Virus record (IMG/VR): IMGVR_UViG_3300021440_000019
Source of the DNA: an uncultured virus (IMG/VR IMGVR_UViG_3300021440_000019)
Lineage: Duplodnaviria > Heunggongvirae > Uroviricota > Caudoviricetes
Strand: one strand, 5' to 3'
DNA: 64,000 bases
How positions within the stretch are numbered: the stretch's first letter is position 1; the number at the start of each line of letters is the position of its first letter. The notes under the pieces were generated by a model. That model ran no database searches, was not told the DNA's origin, and saw nothing but the letters and a program-made list of their open reading frames with translations. Both the position numbers and the translations under genes were made by a program. Below are positions 47,670 through 56,841 of the stretch, piece after piece.

Positions 47670-48210
47670 CTCCAGGATATCACCGAGAACCAAGCTGCTG
47701 CGACTGCTCAAGGAAGATGACACGTGGAAGCGGTATCGGAGGATCGCACGTGAGTCGTGGCCGACGGAGTTCGACGGGTACGAGAAGGAGATCATGGACA
47801 TCCAGAAGGCACGTCCGATCCGGCTTCTCGGTGCCACGAACGGCAAGCCCAACGGTCGTCGGCTTGTCGAGGCAGTGCTAGCGGACCAGTCGTACCGCAG
47901 CCGCGCCGTGGAAATCACGATGACGATCTACGTCGTGAAGGCCAACCTAGCGACTGCTCGTGCTCTGTGCATCAAGCACGTGAACGCGAACTACAGCCAG
48001 TACATGTCCGATTGGGGACTGCGTGGAGTCCGTGAACGGGAGACCCTGGTGCACTCGCTGTTCGTTCGTGCTGACTCGCTACTGAGCCGCTACGAGATCC
48101 TCATGGACCTTGCGGATTGGGTCATCGCAGACGTAGACGCCGGCGGCTTTGCCACGCAGAAGGCGATCAAGAGCTTGGAGCAAGCTACGAAGCGGGAGTA
48201 CGGTGTATGA
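47656..48210 (+). CDS. hypothetical alpha-helical protein
   Basis: 184-aa helical ORF between folE and the helicase, with an ATGA overlap downstream. Confidence 0.65.
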   Translation: MATPSSRISPRTKLLRLLKEDDTWKRYRRIARESWPTEFDGYEKEIMDIQKARPIRLLGATNGKPNGRRLVEAVLADQSYRSRAVEITMTIYVVKANLATARALCIKHVNANYSQYMSDWGLRGVRERETLVHSLFVRADSLLSRYEILMDLADWVIADVDAGGFATQKAIKSLEQATKREYGV

Positions 48211-48554
48211 GCGAGCGCATGAATCTGATCTGTGCGCATTGCGCAAGCTCCAACAGCGTGAGCAATGCAGCATCCTCTGCGGACGCCGACGTACTGGTGA
48301 TCCGCAGGGACCCGCTGTTCTCGCATCCCTTTCTGGAATTCCGGTGTCGAAACTGCCGTGTGCAGTACGGACTCCCCTTCACTTACCTGGACTTCGCGTC
48401 CGCTTGGAAAGACCCTGAGCATGGCACTTCGTCGCAAACCCGTAGCTTCGATCCCGAAGCCAAAGCCCGAGAGCCGGAAGGTCCTGGTGCGTCGGCGGGT
48501 ACTCCGTCGCAAGATCGGGGAAGCGCTGAAGACGACGGGTACACCCGTCTTTAA
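48207..48554 (+). CDS. small zinc-ribbon protein
   Basis: CAHC...CRNC cysteine pairs, a GGAG RBS and ATGA coupling. Confidence 0.55.
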   Translation: MSERMNLICAHCASSNSVSNAASSADADVLVIRRDPLFSHPFLEFRCRNCRVQYGLPFTYLDFASAWKDPEHGTSSQTRSFDPEAKAREPEGPGASAGTPSQDRGSAEDDGYTRL

Positions 48555-48660
48555 GCCCGTGGTGCCTGCCGTGATCGACAAGCAAGTGGATCACTCCAAG
48601 GCCGTGATCGTGGCCGCAGAGACAGACGTTGCTTTCATGTTCCCCGACGATGAGCAGTGA
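48421..48660 (+). CDS. small basic protein
   Basis: Begins MALRRKPVASIPKPKPESRK. It overlaps the previous ORF in another frame and bridges to the helicase. Confidence 0.45.
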   Translation: MALRRKPVASIPKPKPESRKVLVRRRVLRRKIGEALKTTGTPVFKPVVPAVIDKQVDHSKAVIVAAETDVAFMFPDDEQ

Positions 48661-50170
48661 ACCGTACGTCTCCAACGTAGCGTGGCTTCCGTACTCCAAG
48701 GCGCTGCACACCGCTGCTGTCGCCGAGTTCGAGAAGCGCATGTACAACGACAAGCAGTGCTCCCGGTGCGAGTACCTAGCGGAGCGGCACTGCGACGTGT
48801 GCGATACGTGCCCGGCGTTCCTGGGCCACTACCGCATGTGGCGTCGGCGACGTGACAAGCATGGCAACCGCATGATCGGGTTGCCTCTCGGTCGCAGAAA
48901 GCTCATCCGCGAAGTAGCTCCGGGCACGAAGTTCCGTGACCGGCGAGTCCGCACGGCCATGCGTCGGAAGATCAAGTTCACGGCGACGCTCAGGCCAGAG
49001 CAACGGCAAGCCGTGAAGACCATGGCGAAGAAGGGTTACGGCCTTCTCGAAGCTCCGCCGCGCTCGGGTAAGACCGTGATGGCAATCGCCGTGGCCTGTG
49101 CTCTCGGCTACAAGACGTTGATCCTCGCAAACCAGCACGAGTTCATCGGTCAGTTTCTCGAAACCATCATCGGCAACCCTGCGAACGGGATACCCGCGTT
49201 CACCAACGCGAACGCTCTCGGTGGCCTCGGCAAGGTCGTAGGGCTGTGCAAGACCGAAGCGGATTTCCGCAAGTACGACATCTGCCTTGCCACGTATCAG
49301 ACCTTCTTGTCGGAGAAGGGGCAAGCGCTGCTCAAGATCGTGGCACCGCTGTTCGGTACGGTGATCGTGGATGAAGCACACAAGGTGGCTGCGCACTGCT
49401 TCCTCAAGGTCGTCAACGTGTTTCCCGCTGCTGTCCGCTTCGGCGTTACCGGCACACCGGAACGCAAGGATGGCCGTAACGTGCTGACAGAGTACGTGCT
49501 CGGCCCCGTGAACTACTTGGTGGAGGTCGAGACGCTGGTGCCCCGCGTGGTCATGATCGAGACGGGGACGAAGCTGCCGCGCAAGTACAAGATGTGGACG
49601 GCGTTCGAGTCGGCCTTGGCAGAGCATGCGGAGCGCAACCGGCTGATTATCAAGCACGCGGTAGCCGACATCAAAGCGGGGCGCAACATCGTGATCCCCG
49701 TGACTCGGGTGCATCACGCCGTAGCGTTAGCCAAGGCCATCAACCGCGTGTACGGAGAATCAGTGGCCGCGCACTTCATCGGCAGTCAGTCCAAGGCCGA
49801 GCGCAAGTCCGTGATCGAGAAAGCACGGAACGGGCTCATCAAGTGCGTGGTAGGCATGCGGCAGCTTGTGCAACTCGGCATCAACGTGCCGGCATGGGAC
49901 ACCATCTACGAGGTCATGCCCATCAGCAACGCACCGAACCTGCACCAAGAGACATCGCGGGTGCGCACACCGAACCCCGGTAAGTCGCAGCCCATGGTCA
50001 AGCACTTCATCGAGGATAACCCGCAGTCGCGTGGGTGTCTGCGCACGTGCTATTGGGGCACGTACAGGCCTGAAGGGTTCGTGTTCCACGCTCGTGACAA
50101 GCAGGTGGTGGACGCATACATGGGCCGCGCGGATGTGACCGTGCGCGAACACCGACCAGTGAGACTGTGA
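48650..50170 (+). CDS. superfamily 2 DNA helicase (UvsW/ResIII-like) with N-terminal Cys cluster
   Basis: Motifs LRPEQ, APPRSGKT, VDEAH, TGTPERKDG, LGINVP.WD and QETSRVRT, plus an N-terminal CSRC...CDVCDTC cluster. Confidence 0.9.
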   Translation: MSSEPYVSNVAWLPYSKALHTAAVAEFEKRMYNDKQCSRCEYLAERHCDVCDTCPAFLGHYRMWRRRRDKHGNRMIGLPLGRRKLIREVAPGTKFRDRRVRTAMRRKIKFTATLRPEQRQAVKTMAKKGYGLLEAPPRSGKTVMAIAVACALGYKTLILANQHEFIGQFLETIIGNPANGIPAFTNANALGGLGKVVGLCKTEADFRKYDICLATYQTFLSEKGQALLKIVAPLFGTVIVDEAHKVAAHCFLKVVNVFPAAVRFGVTGTPERKDGRNVLTEYVLGPVNYLVEVETLVPRVVMIETGTKLPRKYKMWTAFESALAEHAERNRLIIKHAVADIKAGRNIVIPVTRVHHAVALAKAINRVYGESVAAHFIGSQSKAERKSVIEKARNGLIKCVVGMRQLVQLGINVPAWDTIYEVMPISNAPNLHQETSRVRTPNPGKSQPMVKHFIEDNPQSRGCLRTCYWGTYRPEGFVFHARDKQVVDAYMGRADVTVREHRPVRL

Positions 50171-50472
50171 TGCCCAAGCGAGTAGCACGCCACCGGATAC
50201 GTGAACGGTACGTCTCCAAGGAGTACCGCGAGTACGAAGCAGCATGGAACCGCATGCACATGATAGAGTCCATGGCGGCAGACCTGTACGGGATGGCAGC
50301 GCGTCCCGGGTTCATGGCGAGGTTGCTCGGCAAGCCGCAGACGGTGAAACCTGTGAAGACCAGAGAGCAGTTGATGGCTGACGTACCTGAGCTTCGCCCC
50401 TACCGTCGGCACGAGCGGTATCATATTCCTAAGTCGTGGCCTCGGCCATTTGTTTTCACACCACCAAGGTAG
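50167..50472 (+). CDS. hypothetical protein
   Basis: 101-aa basic ORF with a GTGA overlap. Confidence 0.6.
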   Translation: MMPKRVARHRIRERYVSKEYREYEAAWNRMHMIESMAADLYGMAARPGFMARLLGKPQTVKPVKTREQLMADVPELRPYRRHERYHIPKSWPRPFVFTPPR

Positions 50473-50475
50473 TCA

Positions 50476-51267
50476 ATGCAGACCTATCCCATTCAATTCA
50501 TCGAGCGGAACTTCAGCAGTAAGGACGTGCTCAAGCTGTCCGCTGGCGCACTGCTGATCCGCAGCATCTTCTTCACGCTGCAAGGTGAGGGACCCTACGC
50601 GGGTTACCCTGCGGTGTTCATTCGCTTTGCAGGCTGTAATCGCGGGGCCAAGATCGACTGCTCGTGGTGCGACACGGACTTCCTGGTGGACAAGTCCACG
50701 AAGATGACGCTGGAGCAGGTGATGAACACCGTGCATGGCTTCGGCAACAAGGCCTCGCTGGACAAGCCGCTGGTGGTCATCACCGGCGGAGAGCCGCTGC
50801 TGCACCCTGGGCTCAACGATCTGGTGATCGCGCTGCACAACCAGGGCTACATCGTGCAGATCGAGACGAACGGCGACCTTCTCCGGTTGGCGTCGGCGCC
50901 GCGTGCCGTTGTCGTGTGCTCGCCGAAGGCCAGTGCGCGAGTGCACCGGTACACGAAACCCCACAAGGAGATGCTGGAGCGTGCTGACTACCTGAAGATC
51001 GTGGTCGATGCCGACCCCGAGTCTCCGTACCACGTGCTGCCTGACTACGTGGCGGAATTCGCTGATCGCAAGGGCAGCCACCATGTGTTCATCAGCCCTG
51101 TGTCCGTGTACGCACGGCCGCTGGCGCCCGGAGAACTCGCGAGCCACTGGACCGGCGTGTACGACGCCGAGCGTTGCAGGGCCAACCACCGATACGCTGC
51201 GGAACTCGCACGCGACCGTGCGTTCCGCCTGAGCTTGCAGCAGCACCTGTACGTTGAACTGGAGTGA
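50476..51267 (+). CDS. queE: 7-carboxy-7-deazaguanine synthase (radical SAM)
   Basis: Motifs IFFTLQGEG..AG.PAVFIRFAGCN...C.WCDTDF, VITGGEPLL, IETNG, CSPK and RLSLQQH. Confidence 0.92.
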   Translation: MQTYPIQFIERNFSSKDVLKLSAGALLIRSIFFTLQGEGPYAGYPAVFIRFAGCNRGAKIDCSWCDTDFLVDKSTKMTLEQVMNTVHGFGNKASLDKPLVVITGGEPLLHPGLNDLVIALHNQGYIVQIETNGDLLRLASAPRAVVVCSPKASARVHRYTKPHKEMLERADYLKIVVDADPESPYHVLPDYVAEFADRKGSHHVFISPVSVYARPLAPGELASHWTGVYDAERCRANHRYAAELARDRAFRLSLQQHLYVELE

Positions 51268-51449
51268 TCGTGAACGACGAGCACATGACGATGGTCGAGG
51301 ACTGCGAAACCCGTGAGTCTCGCTTGTCCGACTGGGAGCGCAGGTTCATCGACGACATGAAGCGCAGACTCTTGTCGAATCGGGCGCTCACGCCGGATCA
51401 GATCACGAAACTCGAAGAGGTATGGGAGTCTGCCACGAAGAATGGCTGA
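51264..51449 (+). CDS. small hypothetical protein
   Basis: LSDWERRFI....R.LT..Q...LE..WE motif. Coupled to queE; the start may be GTG 51270. Confidence 0.6.
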   Translation: MIVNDEHMTMVEDCETRESRLSDWERRFIDDMKRRLLSNRALTPDQITKLEEVWESATKNG

Positions 51450-51451
51450 CA

Positions 51452-51458
51452 GGTAAAT
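51452..51458 (+). promoter_or_regulatory. GGTAAAT motif, putative early/middle promoter element
   Basis: Lies in a 29-nt intergenic gap ahead of the phosphatase-DnaB block. Confidence 0.4.
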
Positions 51459-51478
51459 GCTGGTACCAACGGAGAACC

Positions 51479-51952
51479 ATGATGATTACACCGCTCTACA
51501 TTTTCGACCTGGACGGAACGCTGGCCCTGGTGGACCACCGCAAGCATTTGCTGCGGGACCGAGAAGACCCCGAGTGCTGGCGTCAGTTCTTCGCCGCGTG
51601 CATCAACGACGGCCCAAACATGCCGGTGATCCGTACCATGGAGCGACTGCGTGCCAGCGGGGCCGACATACTGGTGTTCAGCGGTCGCAGCGACGAGGTG
51701 CGGTCGCTCACGCTCGACTGGTTGGAGACGTACACGGTGGTGTTCAGCCGCATGGCCTTGCACCAGTTGCTGACAATGCGGCCGGCGGCTTCGCGTACGC
51801 CCGACGACGAGTTGAAGCTCATGTGGTACAACGCGCTGCCCGAGTACGACCGCAACCGGCTCGTTGCCGTGTTCGATGACAGGGACTCCGTTGTCGCCAT
51901 GTGGCGTAAGCTCGGAGTCACGTGCTTCCAAGTGGCACCCGGAGAGTTCTGA
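51479..51952 (+). CDS. HAD-family phosphatase (polynucleotide kinase 3'-phosphatase-like, stand-alone)
   Basis: Motifs IFDLDGTLA, SGR, K and FDDR..VV.MWR.LG.TC.QVA.GEF. GGAGA RBS precedes ATG 51479. Confidence 0.88.
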   Translation: MMITPLYIFDLDGTLALVDHRKHLLRDREDPECWRQFFAACINDGPNMPVIRTMERLRASGADILVFSGRSDEVRSLTLDWLETYTVVFSRMALHQLLTMRPAASRTPDDELKLMWYNALPEYDRNRLVAVFDDRDSVVAMWRKLGVTCFQVAPGEF

Positions 51953-51954
51953 CC

Positions 51955-52584
51955 GTGCTCAAGCTCATCGGGCTGTCCGGTAAGCGAATGCTGTCCGAAC
52001 GGCTCAAGACCTGTGGCATGCCCCGAGACGTGTTCCGGCTCACTGCGTTCGACCCGAGATACCATACGCTGTCCGTCCGCTCCGAGCACGAAGGCTACCG
52101 CACACGCATCGTCAAGAAGGCGGTGCAGTTGAAGCACCTGGAAGCCGTGTGGGAGAATCCCTTCGGCGGCAACAACTACCTGTACGTCATCGCCAGCAAT
52201 CCGAACGACGCCAAGGCCAAGCTCGTAGCCGCCGCCATTCTCGAACGCGCCATCGTCATGCACGCACGCGGCTTGGCCCCGCGAGGTCGCACGTCGCCGA
52301 CTTGGCACCGGGTGTATGGGAACTTCGCCGACGACTTACGTGACCAGAAGAAGAACGGCGGCGACGCGCTAAAGGCTCCATCGCTGCTCATCATGTCGAA
52401 CGTAACCATGGACTCGACGGCAGCGAAGATCGAACTCGTGCGTGACCTCATCGACATGTACGATGACACGCCCAAGATTCTGGTGGTGACCGGTGCTGAT
52501 CCCGTGACGTTCATGGACCGGAGACTGCAACTCCGCGTCAGCTACTGCCTCAACCTGTCCACCGCACACCGTATCGAACTGTAG
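51955..52584 (+). CDS. hypothetical protein, possible degenerate DnaC-like helicase loader
   Basis: Lies directly upstream of DnaB and has a P-loop-like strand/helix order without intact Walker A or B motifs. Confidence 0.45.
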   Translation: MLKLIGLSGKRMLSERLKTCGMPRDVFRLTAFDPRYHTLSVRSEHEGYRTRIVKKAVQLKHLEAVWENPFGGNNYLYVIASNPNDAKAKLVAAAILERAIVMHARGLAPRGRTSPTWHRVYGNFADDLRDQKKNGGDALKAPSLLIMSNVTMDSTAAKIELVRDLIDMYDDTPKILVVTGADPVTFMDRRLQLRVSYCLNLSTAHRIEL

Positions 52585-52587
52585 CCC

Positions 52588-53976
52588 ATGAAAATCGTCA
52601 ACCCCGGAATGGAGATACGGTGTCTGAAGTCCCTGTGCGATGGAGGACCAAAGCTGAGTGCGCGCATCATCAACGCGCTCGGTGACGAGAGTTTCCACTA
52701 CGAACCCACGCTTGAGGCCTGGCGGCGGGTTCGTGCGCTTATCAAGTCGCATGGCGAGGTTCCATCATGGGACGAGCTATGTGCGGACCCCGCGATCAAC
52801 GAAGCTCACCGCACGGCGCTGCGCAAGGACCAGCAGAAGCCGCTGCGCGCCGCCAACGAAGACCGGGTGGCGTCGATGCTTCGTCTCCTCGACCGATACC
52901 GGCAGCTTCGCAAGCTCCTGACGTGCGCTCAGGAGATCATGGACGCCGTGGAGGACGAGTCCGTAGACGTTGACAAGCTCATGGACGCGGCCAATGAACA
53001 CCTGCTGTCGGCAAGAACCAAGGCTGACGCACAGAAGAAGCTGCTGCACATCGGCCGGGGCAACAACAGCACGCAGATGGTCAAAGACCTTCTGAGCTCC
53101 CGCAAGCGGCCGGTGGTACCCACGGGGTTCAAGGCTTTCGACGACGTGAACGGTGGCATCCTACTCGGGTCGCTATTCGTCATCGCCGCGAACACCGGCG
53201 GTGGCAAGTCCACGATGGCGATCAACCTCGCGCACAACATGGCGAACGCCGGCGAGGACGTGTGCGTGGTCCCGCTGGAAATGACCGAAGACCAGATGGC
53301 CGCACGGCTGTTCGGTCTGCGCACGGGGTTGGACGTAGGCAAGATCAGCCAGCACAAGCTGGCGCGCGGAGAGAAGAAGAAGGTGGCCGGTGACTTCAAG
53401 TCCCTGGTGTCCGACCTCAAGGAGAAAGAGACACGGATTTCGCTGTTCGCGCCAGAAGAAGACATGGGCATCGAAGACATTCTGCTCATGCTCAAGCCCT
53501 TCAGGTACCGTGTCATCATCATCGACTACATATCGCTGTTGAAGGGTGCGGACGACGATGACCAGGCGAAGAAGCTCGGTGCCATCGCGCGGTTCGCCAA
53601 GGTGTTCGCCAAGAACAACAACTGCGTGGTCATCCTGCTGGCGCAGTTGGACGACAAGACGAAGAACATCCGGTACGCACGGGCGATCCGCGAGCACGCG
53701 AACAACGCATGGTTCTGGTTCATGACCGAGGACGAGCAAGAAACGTCGATCATGGAAATCCGGCAGGTGAAAGCGCGGAACCAGAAGCGGTTCCCCTTCT
53801 CGCTGCTGTCGCACAATGCGTCGATGCTGATTACCGACATGGACGACGAACACAGAGGACAACTCGATGATCCAGCTTACAAGAAGGCGAAGAGCGAGCA
53901 CGACAAGCACTTCAAAGACCTCGAAGAAGACGAGCAAGAGGAGGATCAAGAGGAGTACGCAGAAGCAGACGAGTAA
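52588..53976 (+). CDS. dnaB: replicative DNA helicase, DnaB family
   Basis: Motifs VPTGF..FD...GG, AANTGGGKST, LEM, IIIDYISL, LLAQL and KARN, with an acidic C-terminal tail. Confidence 0.92.
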   Translation: MKIVNPGMEIRCLKSLCDGGPKLSARIINALGDESFHYEPTLEAWRRVRALIKSHGEVPSWDELCADPAINEAHRTALRKDQQKPLRAANEDRVASMLRLLDRYRQLRKLLTCAQEIMDAVEDESVDVDKLMDAANEHLLSARTKADAQKKLLHIGRGNNSTQMVKDLLSSRKRPVVPTGFKAFDDVNGGILLGSLFVIAANTGGGKSTMAINLAHNMANAGEDVCVVPLEMTEDQMAARLFGLRTGLDVGKISQHKLARGEKKKVAGDFKSLVSDLKEKETRISLFAPEEDMGIEDILLMLKPFRYRVIIIDYISLLKGADDDDQAKKLGAIARFAKVFAKNNNCVVILLAQLDDKTKNIRYARAIREHANNAWFWFMTEDEQETSIMEIRQVKARNQKRFPFSLLSHNASMLITDMDDEHRGQLDDPAYKKAKSEHDKHFKDLEEDEQEEDQEEYAEADE

Positions 53977-54724
53977 GCCGCTGACCGCCGAGCAGATCGA
54001 CGCGCTGCTAGGGTCCAACTTCATCCCTTTGGACGCAGACCACCTGGGTACTGAACCGGACCCTGCGGACGAGGACCCGCACGTTTACTCGGGTCTGCGG
54101 TTCGTTACCGGCGGGGCTTCACGCTTCATCACCGTGACGGACTACCCCGAAGTCGTGCTGGAAATGCAGAGGCTGCACTTGCGCGCTGAGCAGGAGCGCC
54201 GTGATCGAATCCGTGCGTCGATGCTCACACTGGACGTGCCTGCTACGGAGCGGAAGAGGTTCCTTTCAGCGCTGAACGCGAAAACGGCGGCGCTCCGTAA
54301 TTTCATCGTCAGAGACATCGCCGTGTTCGACTTGGCGCTGACGACAGCCGTTGCCGAAGCCCGTGACGTACTGGAGCAGCTAACCGGGTCCAAGGTTGAG
54401 GCCATGAACATCGCGCGTGTCCAACGCACAGCGGAAACGCTGGTCGAGTTGCACATGATGAACAAGCTCGCCTCGGTTCTCGGGGCCGGCACAGACATCC
54501 GCAAGCTCGTTCTGGAACACATGGGAACCAGTAATGGCAACGTCAAAAACATGTCTCAGTTGCGGGAGCTTCTTGCACTGCAAGCGAGTCGAAAAGAGTC
54601 CGCAGGGCTCGTGCGTCAAGTGGGTGCCACGCGCGGGTCGGAAGCTCGCGGCGTCGATCATCGACGAACTGGAGCCCTTTACGCTCGACCTCGTGGAACC
54701 AAGGGGCCCGGTTCTAGCACCTGA
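53867..54724 (+). CDS. hypothetical helical protein, candidate small terminase
   Basis: The only + strand ORF covering 53977-54533. It overlaps dnaB and terL; start uncertain. Confidence 0.5.
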   Translation: MIQLTRRRRASTTSTSKTSKKTSKRRIKRSTQKQTSKPLTAEQIDALLGSNFIPLDADHLGTEPDPADEDPHVYSGLRFVTGGASRFITVTDYPEVVLEMQRLHLRAEQERRDRIRASMLTLDVPATERKRFLSALNAKTAALRNFIVRDIAVFDLALTTAVAEARDVLEQLTGSKVEAMNIARVQRTAETLVELHMMNKLASVLGAGTDIRKLVLEHMGTSNGNVKNMSQLRELLALQASRKESAGLVRQVGATRGSEARGVDHRRTGALYARPRGTKGPGSST

Positions 54725-56795
54725 GCGCTACGAGGAGCTAGAACTCGACCTCATCAACGTGTTGGACACCATCGTTGATCCCAACACGAAGATGCTCCGT
54801 GACCTGAAGATTGACGACCGCGACTTCGCGGAGTTCCCCAACGTGTACGAGTTCATGATGGACAAGCGAGGGCTGCATCTGCGGCCGTTCGCTCGTCAAC
54901 TCTGGATTCACGTGGTGATGTTCCACGAGTGGTGCCCGGAGTGCTCGGATCAGAAGATGATGCGAGACATCCTGAACGTGCCGATTTCGATGCCGCCGGA
55001 GGAGTTCCCGGACCATGTGAAGCTCTTGAAGTACGGCAAGTGCCCAAAGTGCAAGCGCACGAAGCTCGACTTCTTCCGGTCTGGCAAGCTCAAGGCGTAC
55101 CAGGAGCTAGCTGCGCTGCTAGGTCAGCGGGTCGGCAAGTCCACGATGCTGGTGGCACCAGCGGGCACCTACCTGCTGCACAAGTACATGAAGATGCCGC
55201 GACCGTGGGAGATGTACGGGTTGAATCCGACCACGCTGTTCGGCACTGTCGTGGCCCAAACGTACCAAGCTGCGTCGGACCAGTTGTGGCTGCCGATCAA
55301 GACGTACATCGAGGGCTGTACGTGGTTCACCGAGTACCACGACATGCTGAAGGACGTACAGGATCGCAAGGGTGAGGAGCTGTTCTCGTTCACGACCACG
55401 CAGTTGTACTACAAGCACCGGGCGCTCATGATGTACCCGTCCGGTCCAAACCGCAAGACCCTGCGGGGCAAGACCCGGTTCTTCTCGGCGACGGACGAGC
55501 ACGACTTCTTTGACGGAGAGGAAGACTCCGAGAAGATCAAGATGAACGGTAAGGAGGTACGCACCTCGCTGAACAACTCGCTGGCGAACGTCAGAATCGA
55601 GTGGCGCAACGTCATCGGCAGAGGCATCGTCAACGCACCCGGCGGGTACTCCATGTACGTGAGCTCCCCGGATCACGCCATGGGTGTGCTGACGCAGTTG
55701 GTCAAGGCCAAAGCCGGGTCTAAGACGATCCTCGCGCTGAATCTCGCCACCTGGGAAATCCATCCGAAGCTCACACGCAAAGCCATCATCAAGGCATTCG
55801 ACCCTGACCCGATGCGGTTGGAGCGTGACTTCGGTGCTCGTCCTCCGCTGAACAACAACCCGTTCGTCGAAGACCCGGATGTGATTACCCGGATGGCCGA
55901 CGAAGAGACGGGCAACCGCGTGGTCATCAAGCTCAAGTCGGAAATGCGCAAGGAGCGGCTGCGCATCGTGCCGGAGATACAGCGGATTCTCGCACCGCTG
56001 AGGATGCGTCCGACGGTGCTCGCCGTGGACGCAGGATACTCGAACAACAGCTTCGCCATGGCAGTGCTAGGGCCACCCCTGAATCCTAACGCCGGCACCA
56101 AGTGCGTGATCCACGCGCTGATCGAAGTGATCCCTGCGAAGAAGGCTGGCACCATCGACTTCAACGCCGTGTACGAGAACGTGTTCACTCCCGTGATCCA
56201 GCAACTGAACGTCAAGGCGATGCTGGCAGACCGATGGAACTCGCTGAAGATGCTGCACGACGCAGCGGCTGACTTCGACATCTTCGTAGACCAGTACAGC
56301 CTGAAGTACCAGGACTTCGTGTTCGTCCGCTCGTACATGGAATCCGGTGCTCTGCGTATGCCCAAGTTCGGCATGACCGACGCGCAGCGCATGAACCCTG
56401 ACCTCACGAACTACCCCGCGTGCTTCGCCGGGTATCCCGTGGATCACTTCTTCTTCCAGGCGATCACCGTCCGTGATCTGGAGAAGACGGTGGACAAGGG
56501 ACTGAACCTGACGGACGACCTGTGGCGCGCCGTCGTGCTTGGAGCGCGATTCGTACTCGACGAGGAGTTCGCAGAGAAGTACCTGCGCGGCACCATGGCA
56601 AAACGGGCAATCGGTGGCATCGCCGCTGGTTCCTATGGCACGAACGTACAGGGCTACGGCAACACCGGTGTCGGCAGCGTTCCGCTCTCCAGGGACCAAC
56701 TGGAACGGCAATCGGTAGTGGCTGCATCCGGCGGGAACTACGGACAGAGCGTCACCATAGGCGTCTCCAACGTGTTTGCGCGTGTGCCCAAGTAG
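54534..56795 (+). CDS. terL: terminase large subunit
   Basis: LGQRVGKS (Walker A), RGKT...ATDE (Walker B), the VSSP coupling motif, FGA.P, LAVDAGYSNNSFA (RNase H-like Asp) and a terminal DDL. Confidence 0.8.
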   Translation: MATSKTCLSCGSFLHCKRVEKSPQGSCVKWVPRAGRKLAASIIDELEPFTLDLVEPRGPVLAPERYEELELDLINVLDTIVDPNTKMLRDLKIDDRDFAEFPNVYEFMMDKRGLHLRPFARQLWIHVVMFHEWCPECSDQKMMRDILNVPISMPPEEFPDHVKLLKYGKCPKCKRTKLDFFRSGKLKAYQELAALLGQRVGKSTMLVAPAGTYLLHKYMKMPRPWEMYGLNPTTLFGTVVAQTYQAASDQLWLPIKTYIEGCTWFTEYHDMLKDVQDRKGEELFSFTTTQLYYKHRALMMYPSGPNRKTLRGKTRFFSATDEHDFFDGEEDSEKIKMNGKEVRTSLNNSLANVRIEWRNVIGRGIVNAPGGYSMYVSSPDHAMGVLTQLVKAKAGSKTILALNLATWEIHPKLTRKAIIKAFDPDPMRLERDFGARPPLNNNPFVEDPDVITRMADEETGNRVVIKLKSEMRKERLRIVPEIQRILAPLRMRPTVLAVDAGYSNNSFAMAVLGPPLNPNAGTKCVIHALIEVIPAKKAGTIDFNAVYENVFTPVIQQLNVKAMLADRWNSLKMLHDAAADFDIFVDQYSLKYQDFVFVRSYMESGALRMPKFGMTDAQRMNPDLTNYPACFAGYPVDHFFFQAITVRDLEKTVDKGLNLTDDLWRAVVLGARFVLDEEFAEKYLRGTMAKRAIGGIAAGSYGTNVQGYGNTGVGSVPLSRDQLERQSVVAASGGNYGQSVTIGVSNVFARVPK

Positions 56796-56807
56796 GTGCG
56801 ATTCTCA

Positions 56808-56816
56808 CTAATTTCA
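56808..56816 (+). promoter_or_regulatory. CTAATTTCA motif, putative late promoter
   Basis: Intergenic copy between terL and the portal block. Confidence 0.6.
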
Positions 56817-56841
56817 TGGCACGTAACCTCGGCAAACGATC

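Noticed and set aside
41680..56795. Inteins or introns in the polymerase, helicases or terminase
   Set aside because: Conserved motifs are normally spaced, and I see no C...HN splice junctions or LAGLIDADG blocks.
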